64,000 bases of DNA from Candidatus Falkowbacteria bacterium (GCA_018674305.1 JABHAL010000010.1:25708-89707), one strand, 5' to 3'; positions 1-9,157 are shown, counted from the stretch's first letter. The notes: a model not told the origin generated them from the sequence alone. Translations and numbers: made by a program.

Positions 1-233
1 TCCTCAACTACTTCAACCGGAACATTTAATGATTTGCGAACCTCTTCTGCTGTTTCCCTGGCTCTTATTCTTGGACTGACAAAAATAACTTCAATTCCTT
101 TTCCCTGAAGTTGTTGGGCCAGTTTTTGAGACTGTTTTTTTCCTTTGTCGGTAAGATGATCATCATAATCACCGCCATACCGATCCTCGATGTCACCTGT
201 AGTTTCGCCGTGGCGGATTAGGTAAATTTTCAT
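1..233 (-). CDS. Histidine phosphatase family protein (phosphoglycerate-mutase-like), N-terminal part; gene continues beyond the window start
   Basis: Reverse-strand translation from the ATG at 233 reads MKIYLIRHGETTGDIEDRYGG..., which carries the RHGE(T) catalytic motif of the histidine phosphatase superfamily. It is not in the ORF track because it is truncated by the window edge. Confidence 0.55.
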   Translation of the reverse strand, partial: MKIYLIRHGETTGDIEDRYGGDYDDHLTDKGKKQSQKLAQQLQGKGIEVIFVSPRIRARETAEEVRKSLNVPVEVVE

Positions 234-259
234 ATAATTTAACTTTTCATATTTTAACT

Positions 260-1234
260 TTAGAATCCCACATATTGAACCTCTTCTTCCAGCTGAACAC
301 CAAACTTATCACGTACTTTTGTTTTTACTAAACTAATGAGCTGCATTACGTTATCAGCTGTGGCATTATCGAAATTAACAATAAAATTTGCATGTACATC
401 AGAAATCATAGCTCCGCCGATCTTTTTGCCTTTTAACTCTAGTTCTTCGATAAATTTGGCGGCCGGCAACTTGCCTTTGATTTCCCAATCCTTATATTTT
501 TCCAATTCTGGCGTGTAAAGTAAATTCTTGAATGAACAGCCAGCGCTAGGTAGATTTAACGGTTGCGAACACATTCTTTTGTTCCATTCATCTTCAATTT
601 GCTCTAATTTCTCAGCTGCATTGGTATCAGCAATTAAACGAAAAACCACTTCCGCAATAATCCAATGTTTATTTTTCTTGAAAAGACTTTCTCGATAAGC
701 AAACTCACATTCTTCTTTACTCAAAACTATCAGACTAACCTCTTCGCCTTCGACATCAATAATCTCTACGCGGTCAACATAATCACCAGCTCCCTGACCA
801 TAAGCGCCAGCATTGCCATAAACCGCCCCGCCAACCGTACCAGGAATATTAGCTCCAAATTCTAATCCACCAAGTCCATGTTTCACGCTATCGCGAATAA
901 AACCTGACCAACTATTACCAGCAAATACTTTAGCACTAGAAGTGGAAAACTCTGTTTGCCCTTCGTCAAGCTTAATAACCAACCCGTCATAACCGTTATC
1001 TGAGACTAATACATTACTGCCACCACCCAAAATAAAAAAAGACAGTTTTAACTCACGAGCTGCTTTCACTGCCTTGTACAAATCAATCTTATTATTCACT
1101 TTAACCAAAAATTTGGCGGGTCCGCCAATTTTAAAAGTAGTATATTTTGCCAAAGGCTCATTTTCCAAAACCTCCAGTCCGATTTTTTGAGATAACTGCT
1201 GTTTCATAGTTACATTATAACAAAATCCTTCCAA
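260..1234 (-). CDS. murB: UDP-N-acetylenolpyruvoylglucosamine reductase MurB
   Basis: 324 aa. KYTTFKIGGPAKF and GGGSNVLV match the MurB FAD-binding and C-terminal domain pattern. The track start is a TTG; an internal ATG at 1207 (MKQQL) is an alternative start. Confidence 0.88.
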   Translation of the reverse strand: MEGFCYNVTMKQQLSQKIGLEVLENEPLAKYTTFKIGGPAKFLVKVNNKIDLYKAVKAARELKLSFFILGGGSNVLVSDNGYDGLVIKLDEGQTEFSTSSAKVFAGNSWSGFIRDSVKHGLGGLEFGANIPGTVGGAVYGNAGAYGQGAGDYVDRVEIIDVEGEEVSLIVLSKEECEFAYRESLFKKNKHWIIAEVVFRLIADTNAAEKLEQIEDEWNKRMCSQPLNLPSAGCSFKNLLYTPELEKYKDWEIKGKLPAAKFIEELELKGKKIGGAMISDVHANFIVNFDNATADNVMQLISLVKTKVRDKFGVQLEEEVQYVGF

Positions 1235-1393
1235 TTAATCAAATTTCAACTTAACAGAGGTTTTGCCTGTTTTGGCATAACCCTTCGCTGATTTGGTTCT
1301 GGCTAATTGACCACTCAGTGAACCTGAAGACTTGGCAAATTTCTTCTTTTGTTGCTTTTTTGGCCGTCCCTTTTTACGTATTTGATCATCCAT
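1235..1393 (-). CDS. Possible small lysine-rich basic protein (52 aa), not in the track because it is under 60 aa
   Basis: ATG at 1393 to TAA at 1235 gives MDDQIRKKGRPKKQQKKKFAKSSGSLSGQLARTKSAKGYAKTGKTSVKLKFD. It lies between murC and murB. There is no clear ribosome-binding site, so it could be spurious. Confidence 0.25.
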   Translation of the reverse strand: MDDQIRKKGRPKKQQKKKFAKSSGSLSGQLARTKSAKGYAKTGKTSVKLKFD

Positions 1394-1402
1394 ATATTCG
1401 TA

Positions 1403-2767
1403 TTAAATCTCACTCGCAAGCTTATAAATATCTCCAGCGCCCATCACCAAAACAACATCTTCATCCTGAATTATGGACTTGACCTTTACTCTCGCCTCCA
1501 TTAAATCTTCAGCATATTCAATTTGCTTCTTTGGATCATTTTGCTTAATTTTTTCAACCAAGTCCTTGGAGCTAATACTCTGTCCTTCTTCACGACCCGC
1601 GACATCATAAATTTCCGGAACAATAACAACATCAGCCAGATCAAAACTTTTCACAAAATCATCAAACAACTTTTTAGTTCGATCTCTTTGATGCGGTTGG
1701 AAGACTACAACAACCCTTCGGCCAGGTAAAAATTCACGAACAGCCTTGATTGTTTCCTGAATAGCGGTTGGGTGGTGAGCGTAGTCTGAGATTACTGTAT
1801 ACTTTTCATTCTTTATAACCTCGAACCTACGCCATATCCCCTTGAACTCACTAAGTGCTTGCTTAACTTTTCCAATTGGAACATCCAGAGACAACGCGTA
1901 AGCAATCGCGGCTAAGGCATTATAAATATTATAATCACCAGGAACATTTAACTCAAAATCACCGATATCCTGACTATAATAAACCACATTGAAGACTTGT
2001 TTTCCTGGTAACTTGCGAACATTATCAGCCCACACGTCTGCGCCACCGATTAATCCATATCTAATCAGCTTACATTTTGGTAAAATAAGATCTCGAATAT
2101 TAACATCATCATTATTATAAATTAATACATCATCCTGATCACGCAGACCGCTAATGTATTGCTGAAATGTTTGTTTAATATGATTTATATCTTTGTAAAA
2201 ATCTAAATGATCTTCTTCAATATTATTCAAAATAATTGTTTGCGGTTTCAAAAGCAACATGTGAGCTCGGTATTCACAAGCCTCCATAATTAATAGCTCC
2301 GATTGTCCGCAACGAAAATTCTTATCTAACTTATCAAAACATGACCCTAAAATTACACTAGGATCTTTTTGTGCGTCAATCAGCACTCCGGCCAGCATCG
2401 CAGTAGTTGTTGATTTACCATGTGTGCCAGAAACTGCCACAGTTTTATTTTCACGGCTAAGCTCACCCAAAACTTCGAAATAACTTTTTTGAGTAATACC
2501 CTGTTCTTTTGCTTTAATTCTTTCAGGATTATCATTGGGGACGGCGGATGAATACACAAACAAATCACAAGCATACGTAACATTCTCCGCTTTTTGCTCA
2601 TAATAAATTTTGATGCCCAGCTTTTCCAATGCTTCAGTTATTTCAGACTTTTCTACATCCGAACCAACAACTTCTACTCCATGACAATTAAAATACCGCG
2701 CCACAGCTGAAACGCCAATACCGCCTATTCCTGAAATGTAAACTTTTTTTATATTATCTGAATTCAT
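1403..2767 (-). CDS. murC: UDP-N-acetylmuramate--L-alanine ligase MurC
   Basis: 454 aa. N-terminal GIGGIGVSAVARYF and a GTHGKSTTT P-loop, with Mur ligase domain order. Confidence 0.9.
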   Translation of the reverse strand: MNSDNIKKVYISGIGGIGVSAVARYFNCHGVEVVGSDVEKSEITEALEKLGIKIYYEQKAENVTYACDLFVYSSAVPNDNPERIKAKEQGITQKSYFEVLGELSRENKTVAVSGTHGKSTTTAMLAGVLIDAQKDPSVILGSCFDKLDKNFRCGQSELLIMEACEYRAHMLLLKPQTIILNNIEEDHLDFYKDINHIKQTFQQYISGLRDQDDVLIYNNDDVNIRDLILPKCKLIRYGLIGGADVWADNVRKLPGKQVFNVVYYSQDIGDFELNVPGDYNIYNALAAIAYALSLDVPIGKVKQALSEFKGIWRRFEVIKNEKYTVISDYAHHPTAIQETIKAVREFLPGRRVVVVFQPHQRDRTKKLFDDFVKSFDLADVVIVPEIYDVAGREEGQSISSKDLVEKIKQNDPKKQIEYAEDLMEARVKVKSIIQDEDVVLVMGAGDIYKLASEI

Positions 2768-2768
2768 A

Positions 2769-3422
2769 CTAATTGATTTGTTTTGTATTTTCTTTGAACC
2801 AGGACAGTGACACGTAATTTATGTCAGTTTTGCTATCTACGTTATGAGCAACACACAAGTCTCCAGATGAATCTATAAGAAAACCAGTAACTATCCAAGT
2901 GTCAACTTGAACAGCATCTTCGTATTGATATTTTTCACCAATCACAATACCATCAAATTCATTCTTTGCCAAGTAGTACTCTTTACTATTTTCATAAAAC
3001 GGAACATCCGATTCTTTTAATACAGCACCAGGAGAAGTTATTAATACAGACCCATTCTGTCCTGGAAATTTTATAGCGATCTCGTCACTCTCTAATCTAA
3101 GAATAGTGCACCGAATCCACTTTGTAGCATTCCTATAATAAACAATATCTTCAACTGTAATTTCTTCGTCAAACTTAAGATCTTCTATTTTCACCACCTT
3201 TGTCTCAATAAACTCAACAATCTCCTCTTTCTTGGCGATGTAATCGCGCATAACTTGAAGTGCTTCATTGTCACCGGCCTCAGCTTTCTCTTTCAGTTCA
3301 GCAAATCCAAGACCACCTGAGATTTCTTCCAACTCTGACATTAATTTATCAAAATGCACTTGCTGAACTTCGGTGAAGTTAGCTTTGAGGGATTTCTCGG
3401 TTAGTTGTTCTATGCTTTTCAT
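2769..3422 (-). CDS. Paralog-family protein P1: conserved ~75-aa N-terminal helical domain plus a unique C-terminal domain
   Basis: 217 aa. The N-terminus MKSIEQLTEKSLKANFTEVQQVHFDKLMSELEEISGGLGFAELKEKAEAGDNEALQVMRDYIAKKEEIVEFIETK is shared with six other ORFs in this window; the C-terminus is unrelated to theirs. Confidence 0.7.
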   Translation of the reverse strand: MKSIEQLTEKSLKANFTEVQQVHFDKLMSELEEISGGLGFAELKEKAEAGDNEALQVMRDYIAKKEEIVEFIETKVVKIEDLKFDEEITVEDIVYYRNATKWIRCTILRLESDEIAIKFPGQNGSVLITSPGAVLKESDVPFYENSKEYYLAKNEFDGIVIGEKYQYEDAVQVDTWIVTGFLIDSSGDLCVAHNVDSKTDINYVSLSWFKENTKQIN

Positions 3423-3468
3423 ATTTGATATTTTTTAGTAGGTATTGGTTATTGGGTATTAGAAATTT

Positions 3469-3569
3469 TACTCGTTACTGTTCTCGTCCCGCATAGCGGG
3501 ATCCCGTTTGCGGGAGATTTAACATACTTAGTATTGCTTCTCTGCGTAGCGGAGTCCGCTATGCGGACG
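3469..3569. repeat. REPIN-like composite palindromic repeat (copy 1)
   Basis: The arms cccgcATAgcggg and tcccgTTTGcggga, a central agcggAGTccgct, and overall left-arm/right-arm inverted complementarity (cgtcccgcatagcggga ... gtccgctatgcggacg). About 95% identical to the copy at 4281-4380. Confidence 0.7.
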
Positions 3570-3580
3570 TGATTCATAGA

Positions 3581-4222
3581 CTATTCTACTTTTTTAAATC
3601 TATTATTAAAAGATTGTACATCTTCATTAAAAATATCATTATTTACCTTTATTTCAAAATCAAATACCCACAAAACATGAGCTATTCCAGATTGAATAGT
3701 AAAACCAACAATTTTTACCGGCCGAGCCCTGTCTGACTTCTCTATAAAATTATCACCAATCGAGTGTTCGTATAAATCTCTACTAGCTAACAACTTTGCT
3801 TCTCCAAATTGAAGAGTTTTAACGCTACGACTTGATTCCTTTAGCACAAAGCCTATGGGAGTTGTATGTTTTCCTATTGTCTCAGATAAAAACTCAACAT
3901 TATTCCCATCAATGCTTTCAACTGTACCCTTTTCAAATGTTTTACGTCCATAGGATGGAAACATGTAAACAATATCACCAATTTTTATTTTTATTTTCTT
4001 TGTTTCAATAAACTCAACAATCTCCTCTTTCTTGGCGATATAATCGCGCATAACTTGAAGTGCTTCTTTGTCACCGGCTTCAGCTTTCTCTTTCAGTTCA
4101 GCAAATCCAAGCCCACCTGAGATTTCTTCCAACTCAGACATTAATTTATCAAAATGCGCTTGCTGAACTTCGGTGAAGTTAGCTTTGAGTGAATTTTCAG
4201 TTAGTTGTTCTATGCTTTTCAT
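3581..4222 (-). CDS. Paralog-family protein P2
   Basis: 213 aa. Same N-terminal domain (about 93-96% nucleotide identity to P1 over the first ~230 nt of the CDS) with a different C-terminus. Confidence 0.7.
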   Translation of the reverse strand: MKSIEQLTENSLKANFTEVQQAHFDKLMSELEEISGGLGFAELKEKAEAGDKEALQVMRDYIAKKEEIVEFIETKKIKIKIGDIVYMFPSYGRKTFEKGTVESIDGNNVEFLSETIGKHTTPIGFVLKESSRSVKTLQFGEAKLLASRDLYEHSIGDNFIEKSDRARPVKIVGFTIQSGIAHVLWVFDFEIKVNNDIFNEDVQSFNNRFKKVE

Positions 4223-4253
4223 GAGGATTAACTATTGGTTATTGTGTATTGGT

Positions 4254-4277
4254 TATTGGGTATTGGGTATTGGGTAT
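4254..4277. repeat. Tandem heptamer repeat (TATTGGG)x3 on the plus strand, CCCAATA on the coding strand, immediately upstream of the P2 start
   Basis: tattgggtattgggtattgggtatttt. Related degenerate copies occur at 3441-3463, 56563-56590 and 57358-57393, each just upstream of a minus-strand start codon. Confidence 0.6.
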
Positions 4278-4280
4278 TTT

Positions 4281-4380
4281 ATTCGTTATTGTTCTCGTCC
4301 CGCATAGCGGGATCCCGTTTGCGGGAGATTTAACATACTTAGTATTGCTTCTCCGCGTAGCGGAGTCCGCTGTGCGGACA
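4281..4380. repeat. REPIN-like composite palindromic repeat (copy 2)
   Basis: Near-identical to 3469-3569, including the same small hairpins. Confidence 0.7.
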
Positions 4381-4390
4381 AATTTCATAA

Positions 4391-5155
4391 TTATTCATTG
4401 TCTTTTTCTAATACTTCAAAATATTCTGCAACCTTGTCAGTGTTTACCATAATCATCTTTGCAAATGGAAGGCCTTGACCAACGTTAAACATAATTTTTA
4501 CCAATATTTCAAAACCACTCTTTTGTATTTGATCTCCTCGCGGAACTGCAAATCTTTCTATTTCAACATCTTTCACGTCAATGGCCTCAATATGCCAAGG
4601 TAACTCTGGGCAGAACTCTTTAGCCATCGATTGATCAAGAAACTTTAATTTTTGCCCGACCCACAATCCATAATATTTATTTCTTTCAAACACCTCTACA
4701 AAACCTACATTTTCTACATTTATCTCATTTCCTGAAGTTTTAAAAAGCTGATCTTTGTTAACAGGGAGACTAAATCCTTCTTTCTCACCTTCCAATTTAA
4801 TATGAATTATATCAACGACGTCTGAATCTTTCCGAATGATTTCACATTTTTGCCAGACACTGTCCCTATAAATCTGGGCCTGGTCACCAGGGTGTAATTC
4901 AACTTCTTCAAATTTTCCACCCGGAAATTCCTTCTTCTCAATAAACTCAACTATCTGCTCTTTCTTGGCGATGTAATCACGCATTACTTGTAGTGCTTCT
5001 CGATCACCGTCCTCAGCTTTTTCTTTCAGTTCAGCAAAACCAAGTCCACCTGAAACTTGTTCTAACTCAGACATTAATTTATCAAAACGCGCTTGCTGAA
5101 CTTCGTCGAAGTTAGCTTTCAAAGATTTTGATTGTAGTTCAGAGTCGAAATTCAT
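4391..5155 (-). CDS. Paralog-family protein P3
   Basis: 254 aa. The N-terminus MNFDSELQSKSLKANFDEVQQARFDKLMSELEQVSGGLGFAELKEKAEDGDREALQVMRDYIAKKEQIVEFIEKK matches the family; the C-terminus is unique. Confidence 0.7.
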   Translation of the reverse strand: MNFDSELQSKSLKANFDEVQQARFDKLMSELEQVSGGLGFAELKEKAEDGDREALQVMRDYIAKKEQIVEFIEKKEFPGGKFEEVELHPGDQAQIYRDSVWQKCEIIRKDSDVVDIIHIKLEGEKEGFSLPVNKDQLFKTSGNEINVENVGFVEVFERNKYYGLWVGQKLKFLDQSMAKEFCPELPWHIEAIDVKDVEIERFAVPRGDQIQKSGFEILVKIMFNVGQGLPFAKMIMVNTDKVAEYFEVLEKDNE

Positions 5156-5161
5156 AATAAA

Positions 5162-5899
5162 TTATTTTTTTATAGCTTTTTTCAGTTTCTCAATATCATA
5201 AGAGCAAGCAAAACTCAGTGATCCTCCAGTAACAGTATTGAAATCAAAATGAACGAGAGCTAAAAGCTTATCTGGCAGACTACTATTAAAAAAAACTCTT
5301 AAAATTTTTGCGGTTTTAAGTTCATGCTTCTCAAAATCCTTCCTTACACCCTTATCCAAAACGCCCTGAATATCAAAATCATTAGGATCTATCTGGTATT
5401 TTTGAAGTAATTTTAATCCGAAAATCGACTTCACATCAAAATTATAAACAATATCGCCAACTGACATTTCTTCAGTTTTTTGAACTTTTATCAAGTCTTT
5501 TTTTAAAATCCACGGCTCCGCTACCCCGTTAACCCCTGTTCTTATTTTAATCAAATTACCGTTAGCTTCAATATCAATAACTGGACAAATCTTACCATGA
5601 TGACCAGCCCCTGGTTTCCAAAACATAACTTTGTCAAGCACTTCAATATCACATTCCCATGTTATTGGCACCTCCTTATTTTCAATAAACTCAACAACCT
5701 CCTCTTTCTTGACGATATAATTGCGCATAACTTGCAAGGCATCTTTATCACCGCCCTCAGCTTTCTCTTTCAGTTCAGCAAAACCAAGTCCACCTGAAAC
5801 TTGTTCTAACTCAGACATTAGTTTATCAAAATGTCGCTGTTGGCGTTCATCAAAGTTTGCTTTGAGAGATTTCTCTTGTAATTGTTCTAGAGTTTTCAT
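5162..5899 (-). CDS. Paralog-family protein P4
   Basis: 245 aa. Family N-terminus with a unique C-terminus. It lies 6 bp upstream of P3. Confidence 0.7.
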   Translation of the reverse strand: MKTLEQLQEKSLKANFDERQQRHFDKLMSELEQVSGGLGFAELKEKAEGGDKDALQVMRNYIVKKEEVVEFIENKEVPITWECDIEVLDKVMFWKPGAGHHGKICPVIDIEANGNLIKIRTGVNGVAEPWILKKDLIKVQKTEEMSVGDIVYNFDVKSIFGLKLLQKYQIDPNDFDIQGVLDKGVRKDFEKHELKTAKILRVFFNSSLPDKLLALVHFDFNTVTGGSLSFACSYDIEKLKKAIKK

Positions 5900-5995
5900 A
5901 TTTTAAGTATTCCCACAACCTGAAACTGGGGGAAATGTATTTTGTAGTTGTTACATGTTACATGATTTATGATACATGATTTCCACTTATTTTTC

Positions 5996-6026
5996 AACAA
6001 AAAAATCCTTACTTTGAGTAAGGACT
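5996..6026 (-). terminator. Rho-independent terminator for the 6032-6649 gene
   Basis: Stem tccttac/gtaagga (6006-6024) followed by a U-run on the minus strand (A-run 5997-6005 on plus). Confidence 0.6.
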
Positions 6027-6031
6027 GTGTA

Positions 6032-6649
6032 TTATTTCTCTAAATTACTTAAATCAGTTTTTAATCGCAGAATTTCTGCGCTCATTGCATCACGTAGCTT
6101 TTCAATTACCTTGAGAATGGTTTGATAAACCATATCTTCATCTTGATTACACTTTTTCCTAGCAATCGCCTTGTTCTTCACAGAAGCTGCTTTTATGTGA
6201 ACCATACCGTAAAAAACATCACAGTATTGCACAAAAAATGTCATATCGTTGAGTGCATTTTTCAGAACGGCTTTCTTTTCCTCAACTGATAACTCCTTCT
6301 TACAGACTGGTGCCCAGTCAATATCTGGATACAAGGCCTCCACTGCCCGTTCATTAACTTTGGTTGCCTGTTCAAAATATCGATACAATAAAGTCATCCC
6401 AGCGTTAATCTCGTCATTGGAAGGACTTCTGTTTATACCGATCAGTAACGGATTTTCTTTTGTCGGCTTTTTGATCTGAGCCTGTGCTTCTGGTACAGCT
6501 ACAAACAAAACTGAAATTGCCAAAAACATAAACGCCAGTATTACCAACACAAAGTAGAAAAACGAGAATGAAACTGGCGAGTAATCAACATCCATGGCTC
6601 GGGCAACTCGCGAACTGCGTCGCATTTCAAAACGCTTGTAGTAACTCAT
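6032..6649 (-). CDS. Hypothetical membrane-anchored protein
   Basis: 205 aa with an N-terminal hydrophobic segment (FYFVLVILAFMFLAISVLFVAV). No recognisable family. Confidence 0.55.
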   Translation of the reverse strand: MSYYKRFEMRRSSRVARAMDVDYSPVSFSFFYFVLVILAFMFLAISVLFVAVPEAQAQIKKPTKENPLLIGINRSPSNDEINAGMTLLYRYFEQATKVNERAVEALYPDIDWAPVCKKELSVEEKKAVLKNALNDMTFFVQYCDVFYGMVHIKAASVKNKAIARKKCNQDEDMVYQTILKVIEKLRDAMSAEILRLKTDLSNLEK

Positions 6650-6762
6650 GACTCAACCTCATATTTGAATGAACTAAGGTCTTAATTTAGCATAGGCTTA
6701 TATCTTTGTCAACTGAAACAAGGACCAAAAAAGACCTCAAAATAGAAGTCCTGAATATTTTT

Positions 6763-7479
6763 TTATTTTAACTTCGCAACCGTCACTATATTTAAACCTC
6801 GTAACCACGAGCTCTTCTTTCCTGGCCGATCCGGATCATTCTTCGCGCTGTAATAGTTTTTGGTCACTGTAAATCCGTTTTTCTGAAGTAATCTTTTAAT
6901 TCTTCCTTTTGTAAATGCGTAATAATAGAGTGGAACGTCGACGCCTGTGGTTTTCCAATGAGTTGTAACTCCACGCTCACCAAAAAGAATCATGGCCAGC
7001 GAAACATTTTTCCAGATTGATTTTAAATTATCTCGATTCCAAAGATTCCAGTTTACCATCAACAGTTTTCCACCCGGTTTCAACAATCTTTTCACATTTT
7101 CTATGACAGACTGTTGATTATCCTTTGGAAAATGGTTCAAAGAAGAAACCATGAAGATAACGTCAAATTTCTTAATACCCAATTCACAATCCCCAATATC
7201 CAATACATCACAAACTTCAAATTTCTGATCAGGATATGATTTTTGTGCCTGTTTAATCAACCCTTCACTATTATCAATACCTAAATAACTTATACTTTCA
7301 CCTTTTACCTGTAAACTTTCCACTAGCCGCCCATTTCCACAACCCAAATCAAGAATGTTATCGCCATCCTTGATATTTTTTGCCAAAAAGGAAATATCAC
7401 CCCAAACATAACCACGAGTGCTAGAAAATAATTCCGCAATCTTATTGTAACTTTGCTTATTTTGTTCGATTAGATCCAT
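6763..7479 (-). CDS. Class I SAM-dependent methyltransferase
   Basis: 238 aa. Motif I ILDLGCGNGR and a post-I acidic residue pattern. Confidence 0.75.
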   Translation of the reverse strand: MDLIEQNKQSYNKIAELFSSTRGYVWGDISFLAKNIKDGDNILDLGCGNGRLVESLQVKGESISYLGIDNSEGLIKQAQKSYPDQKFEVCDVLDIGDCELGIKKFDVIFMVSSLNHFPKDNQQSVIENVKRLLKPGGKLLMVNWNLWNRDNLKSIWKNVSLAMILFGERGVTTHWKTTGVDVPLYYYAFTKGRIKRLLQKNGFTVTKNYYSAKNDPDRPGKKSSWLRGLNIVTVAKLK

Positions 7480-7558
7480 ATTGAATAAATATCAAATTTA
7501 AGCTATTATAGTAATGTTACTAAATTCTTAATTCATACTTCATAATTCACAATAGTGT

Positions 7559-8644
7559 ATGTCAAAATCAAAAAAACTTCAAGTACTATGCATCGTTCTA
7601 ATTATGACAGCTTTGCCAATTTTAGCAAGCGCAGCTGGCTTTCATTCAGGAAAAATTTATTTACAAGTAGAATCTAATGGCGAAGCCTGGTACATTAATC
7701 CAACCAGCAACAACCGCTACTATTTAGGTCGACCTGATGATGCCTTTGCAATTATGCGTGGACTTGGCCTAGGAATCACCAATGAAAATCTAAAACAAAT
7801 CCCAATTGGCCTAATCAATATTTCTGGTAATGACAATGATCTTGATGGCCTGGGCAATGATTTGGAAACTGCCATTGGAACAGATTACAACAATCCAGAT
7901 ACCGATGGTGATGACTTTTTAGACAAATCGGAAGTCGAAAGTTGGAATAATCCAAATGGTGAAGGGGCACTACCTGTAAACAATGCTTTGATTAATAACC
8001 TAAAAGGACGCATTCTACTTCAAGTTGAAAACAACGGCGAAGCCTGGTACCTAAACCCAAACGACAACAAGCGTTACTTTCTTGGACGACCGCAAAGTGC
8101 CTTTGAAATAATGCGGCAACTAGGAATTGGCATTACCAATGCTAACCTAAACCAAATTCCATCCAGCTACGTCAAAGCTGAAAAAGAAATTTCAGAACAT
8201 TATAGTATTGATTATCCGAACAGTTGGAATTTCTCACAAAACTTGCAACACTCAGACGCAGTTTATAACAAAATGACAATTGTTCACGATTCTTTATTTG
8301 AATTTTCTACCGGTGCCGGTTATTTGGAAATCCTAACCCTAGAGTCCGGAAAAGATTACACTCTGGGCGATTTCAACGTTTCCGCCAAGACAGGCGCTGA
8401 AAAAATTTACAATGAAGATTTCGTACTTGAAGTAAAGCCAGTAAAAAAACAAAAATTTAAATATCAAACACTTGTAGAATACAAAACCGAAACATTTGAT
8501 AAGGGTGCAAAGCTGTATGCCGATATAATGATCAACACACACAAGTTCATTCATATGCATATGGCAATCTTTAACGAGACTGACGTTAAACTTTACGAAG
8601 ATTATTTTAATGATATTATAAAAGACTTAAAGTTAGTTTATTAA
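7559..8644 (+). CDS. Secreted protein with two ~50-aa internal repeats and an Asp-rich calcium-binding-like segment
   Basis: Signal peptide MSKSKKLQVLCIVLIMTALPILASAAG. GKIYLQVESNGEAWYINP...GITNENLKQIP is duplicated as GRILLQVENNGEAWYLNP...GITNANLNQIP, and DNDLDGLGNDLETAIGTDYNNPDTDGDDFLD lies between the copies. Confidence 0.65.
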   Translation: MSKSKKLQVLCIVLIMTALPILASAAGFHSGKIYLQVESNGEAWYINPTSNNRYYLGRPDDAFAIMRGLGLGITNENLKQIPIGLINISGNDNDLDGLGNDLETAIGTDYNNPDTDGDDFLDKSEVESWNNPNGEGALPVNNALINNLKGRILLQVENNGEAWYLNPNDNKRYFLGRPQSAFEIMRQLGIGITNANLNQIPSSYVKAEKEISEHYSIDYPNSWNFSQNLQHSDAVYNKMTIVHDSLFEFSTGAGYLEILTLESGKDYTLGDFNVSAKTGAEKIYNEDFVLEVKPVKKQKFKYQTLVEYKTETFDKGAKLYADIMINTHKFIHMHMAIFNETDVKLYEDYFNDIIKDLKLVY

Positions 8645-8700
8645 GAAAAAATAAGGCTACACAAGGCTATACGAGGCAACAAGGCTCAACTGTGTAATGT

Positions 8701-9090
8701 ATGAACAAAGCAAACAGTAAAAATTTAGGTGGTCATACTAAGATGGTTGTTTGGCAAAGCATCGAACAACTTGATGACATCGTGCAGGACATTTTAATGT
8801 GTATCCCTAAAAACAAATACAAAATATATAACCAACTAGAAAGCTCAAACGATTCTGTCGCCTCAAACTTTGTTGAGGGATACTATTCCGGTTATCTCGG
8901 TGAATATATTAAATTTCTAAAATACAGTAGACGTTCAGGTGCTGAAGTCTATACTCGTGGAAGAAGAGTTTATAAACACAAATATTTTGGAGACAATCTA
9001 TATAAAAAGTTTGAAGAACGCTGCGTAAAAACCATGTATTTAATTGACAGAACAAGACAATCTCTCGAAAAGAAACGTAATCAATTATAA
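8701..9090 (+). CDS. Four-helix-bundle protein (TIGR02436-like family)
   Basis: MVVWQSIEQL...SVASNFVEGYYSG...LKYSRRSGAEV matches the family pattern (VWQ...NI.EG...S..E). The probable true start is the internal ATG at 8743, which is preceded by GGTGG. Confidence 0.6.
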   Translation: MNKANSKNLGGHTKMVVWQSIEQLDDIVQDILMCIPKNKYKIYNQLESSNDSVASNFVEGYYSGYLGEYIKFLKYSRRSGAEVYTRGRRVYKHKYFGDNLYKKFEERCVKTMYLIDRTRQSLEKKRNQL

Positions 9091-9157
9091 CTTTTGTTGC
9101 CCTCCTATTTCTCTGTCCCCCGTTCCCTTTTCTAGCCCTGTTTAGCCCTGTTGTCCT

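Noticed and set aside
336-865. Plus-strand ORFs of 60 and 66 aa inside murB
   Set aside because: They lie entirely within the antisense of a confidently assigned gene, are low complexity, and have no ribosome-binding site.
3469-4380. Interpretation of the palindromic repeats as a diversity-generating retroelement template/variable repeat pair
   Set aside because: There is no reverse transcriptase gene in the window. The repeats are intergenic rather than at the gene 3' ends, and their differences are not adenine-specific.
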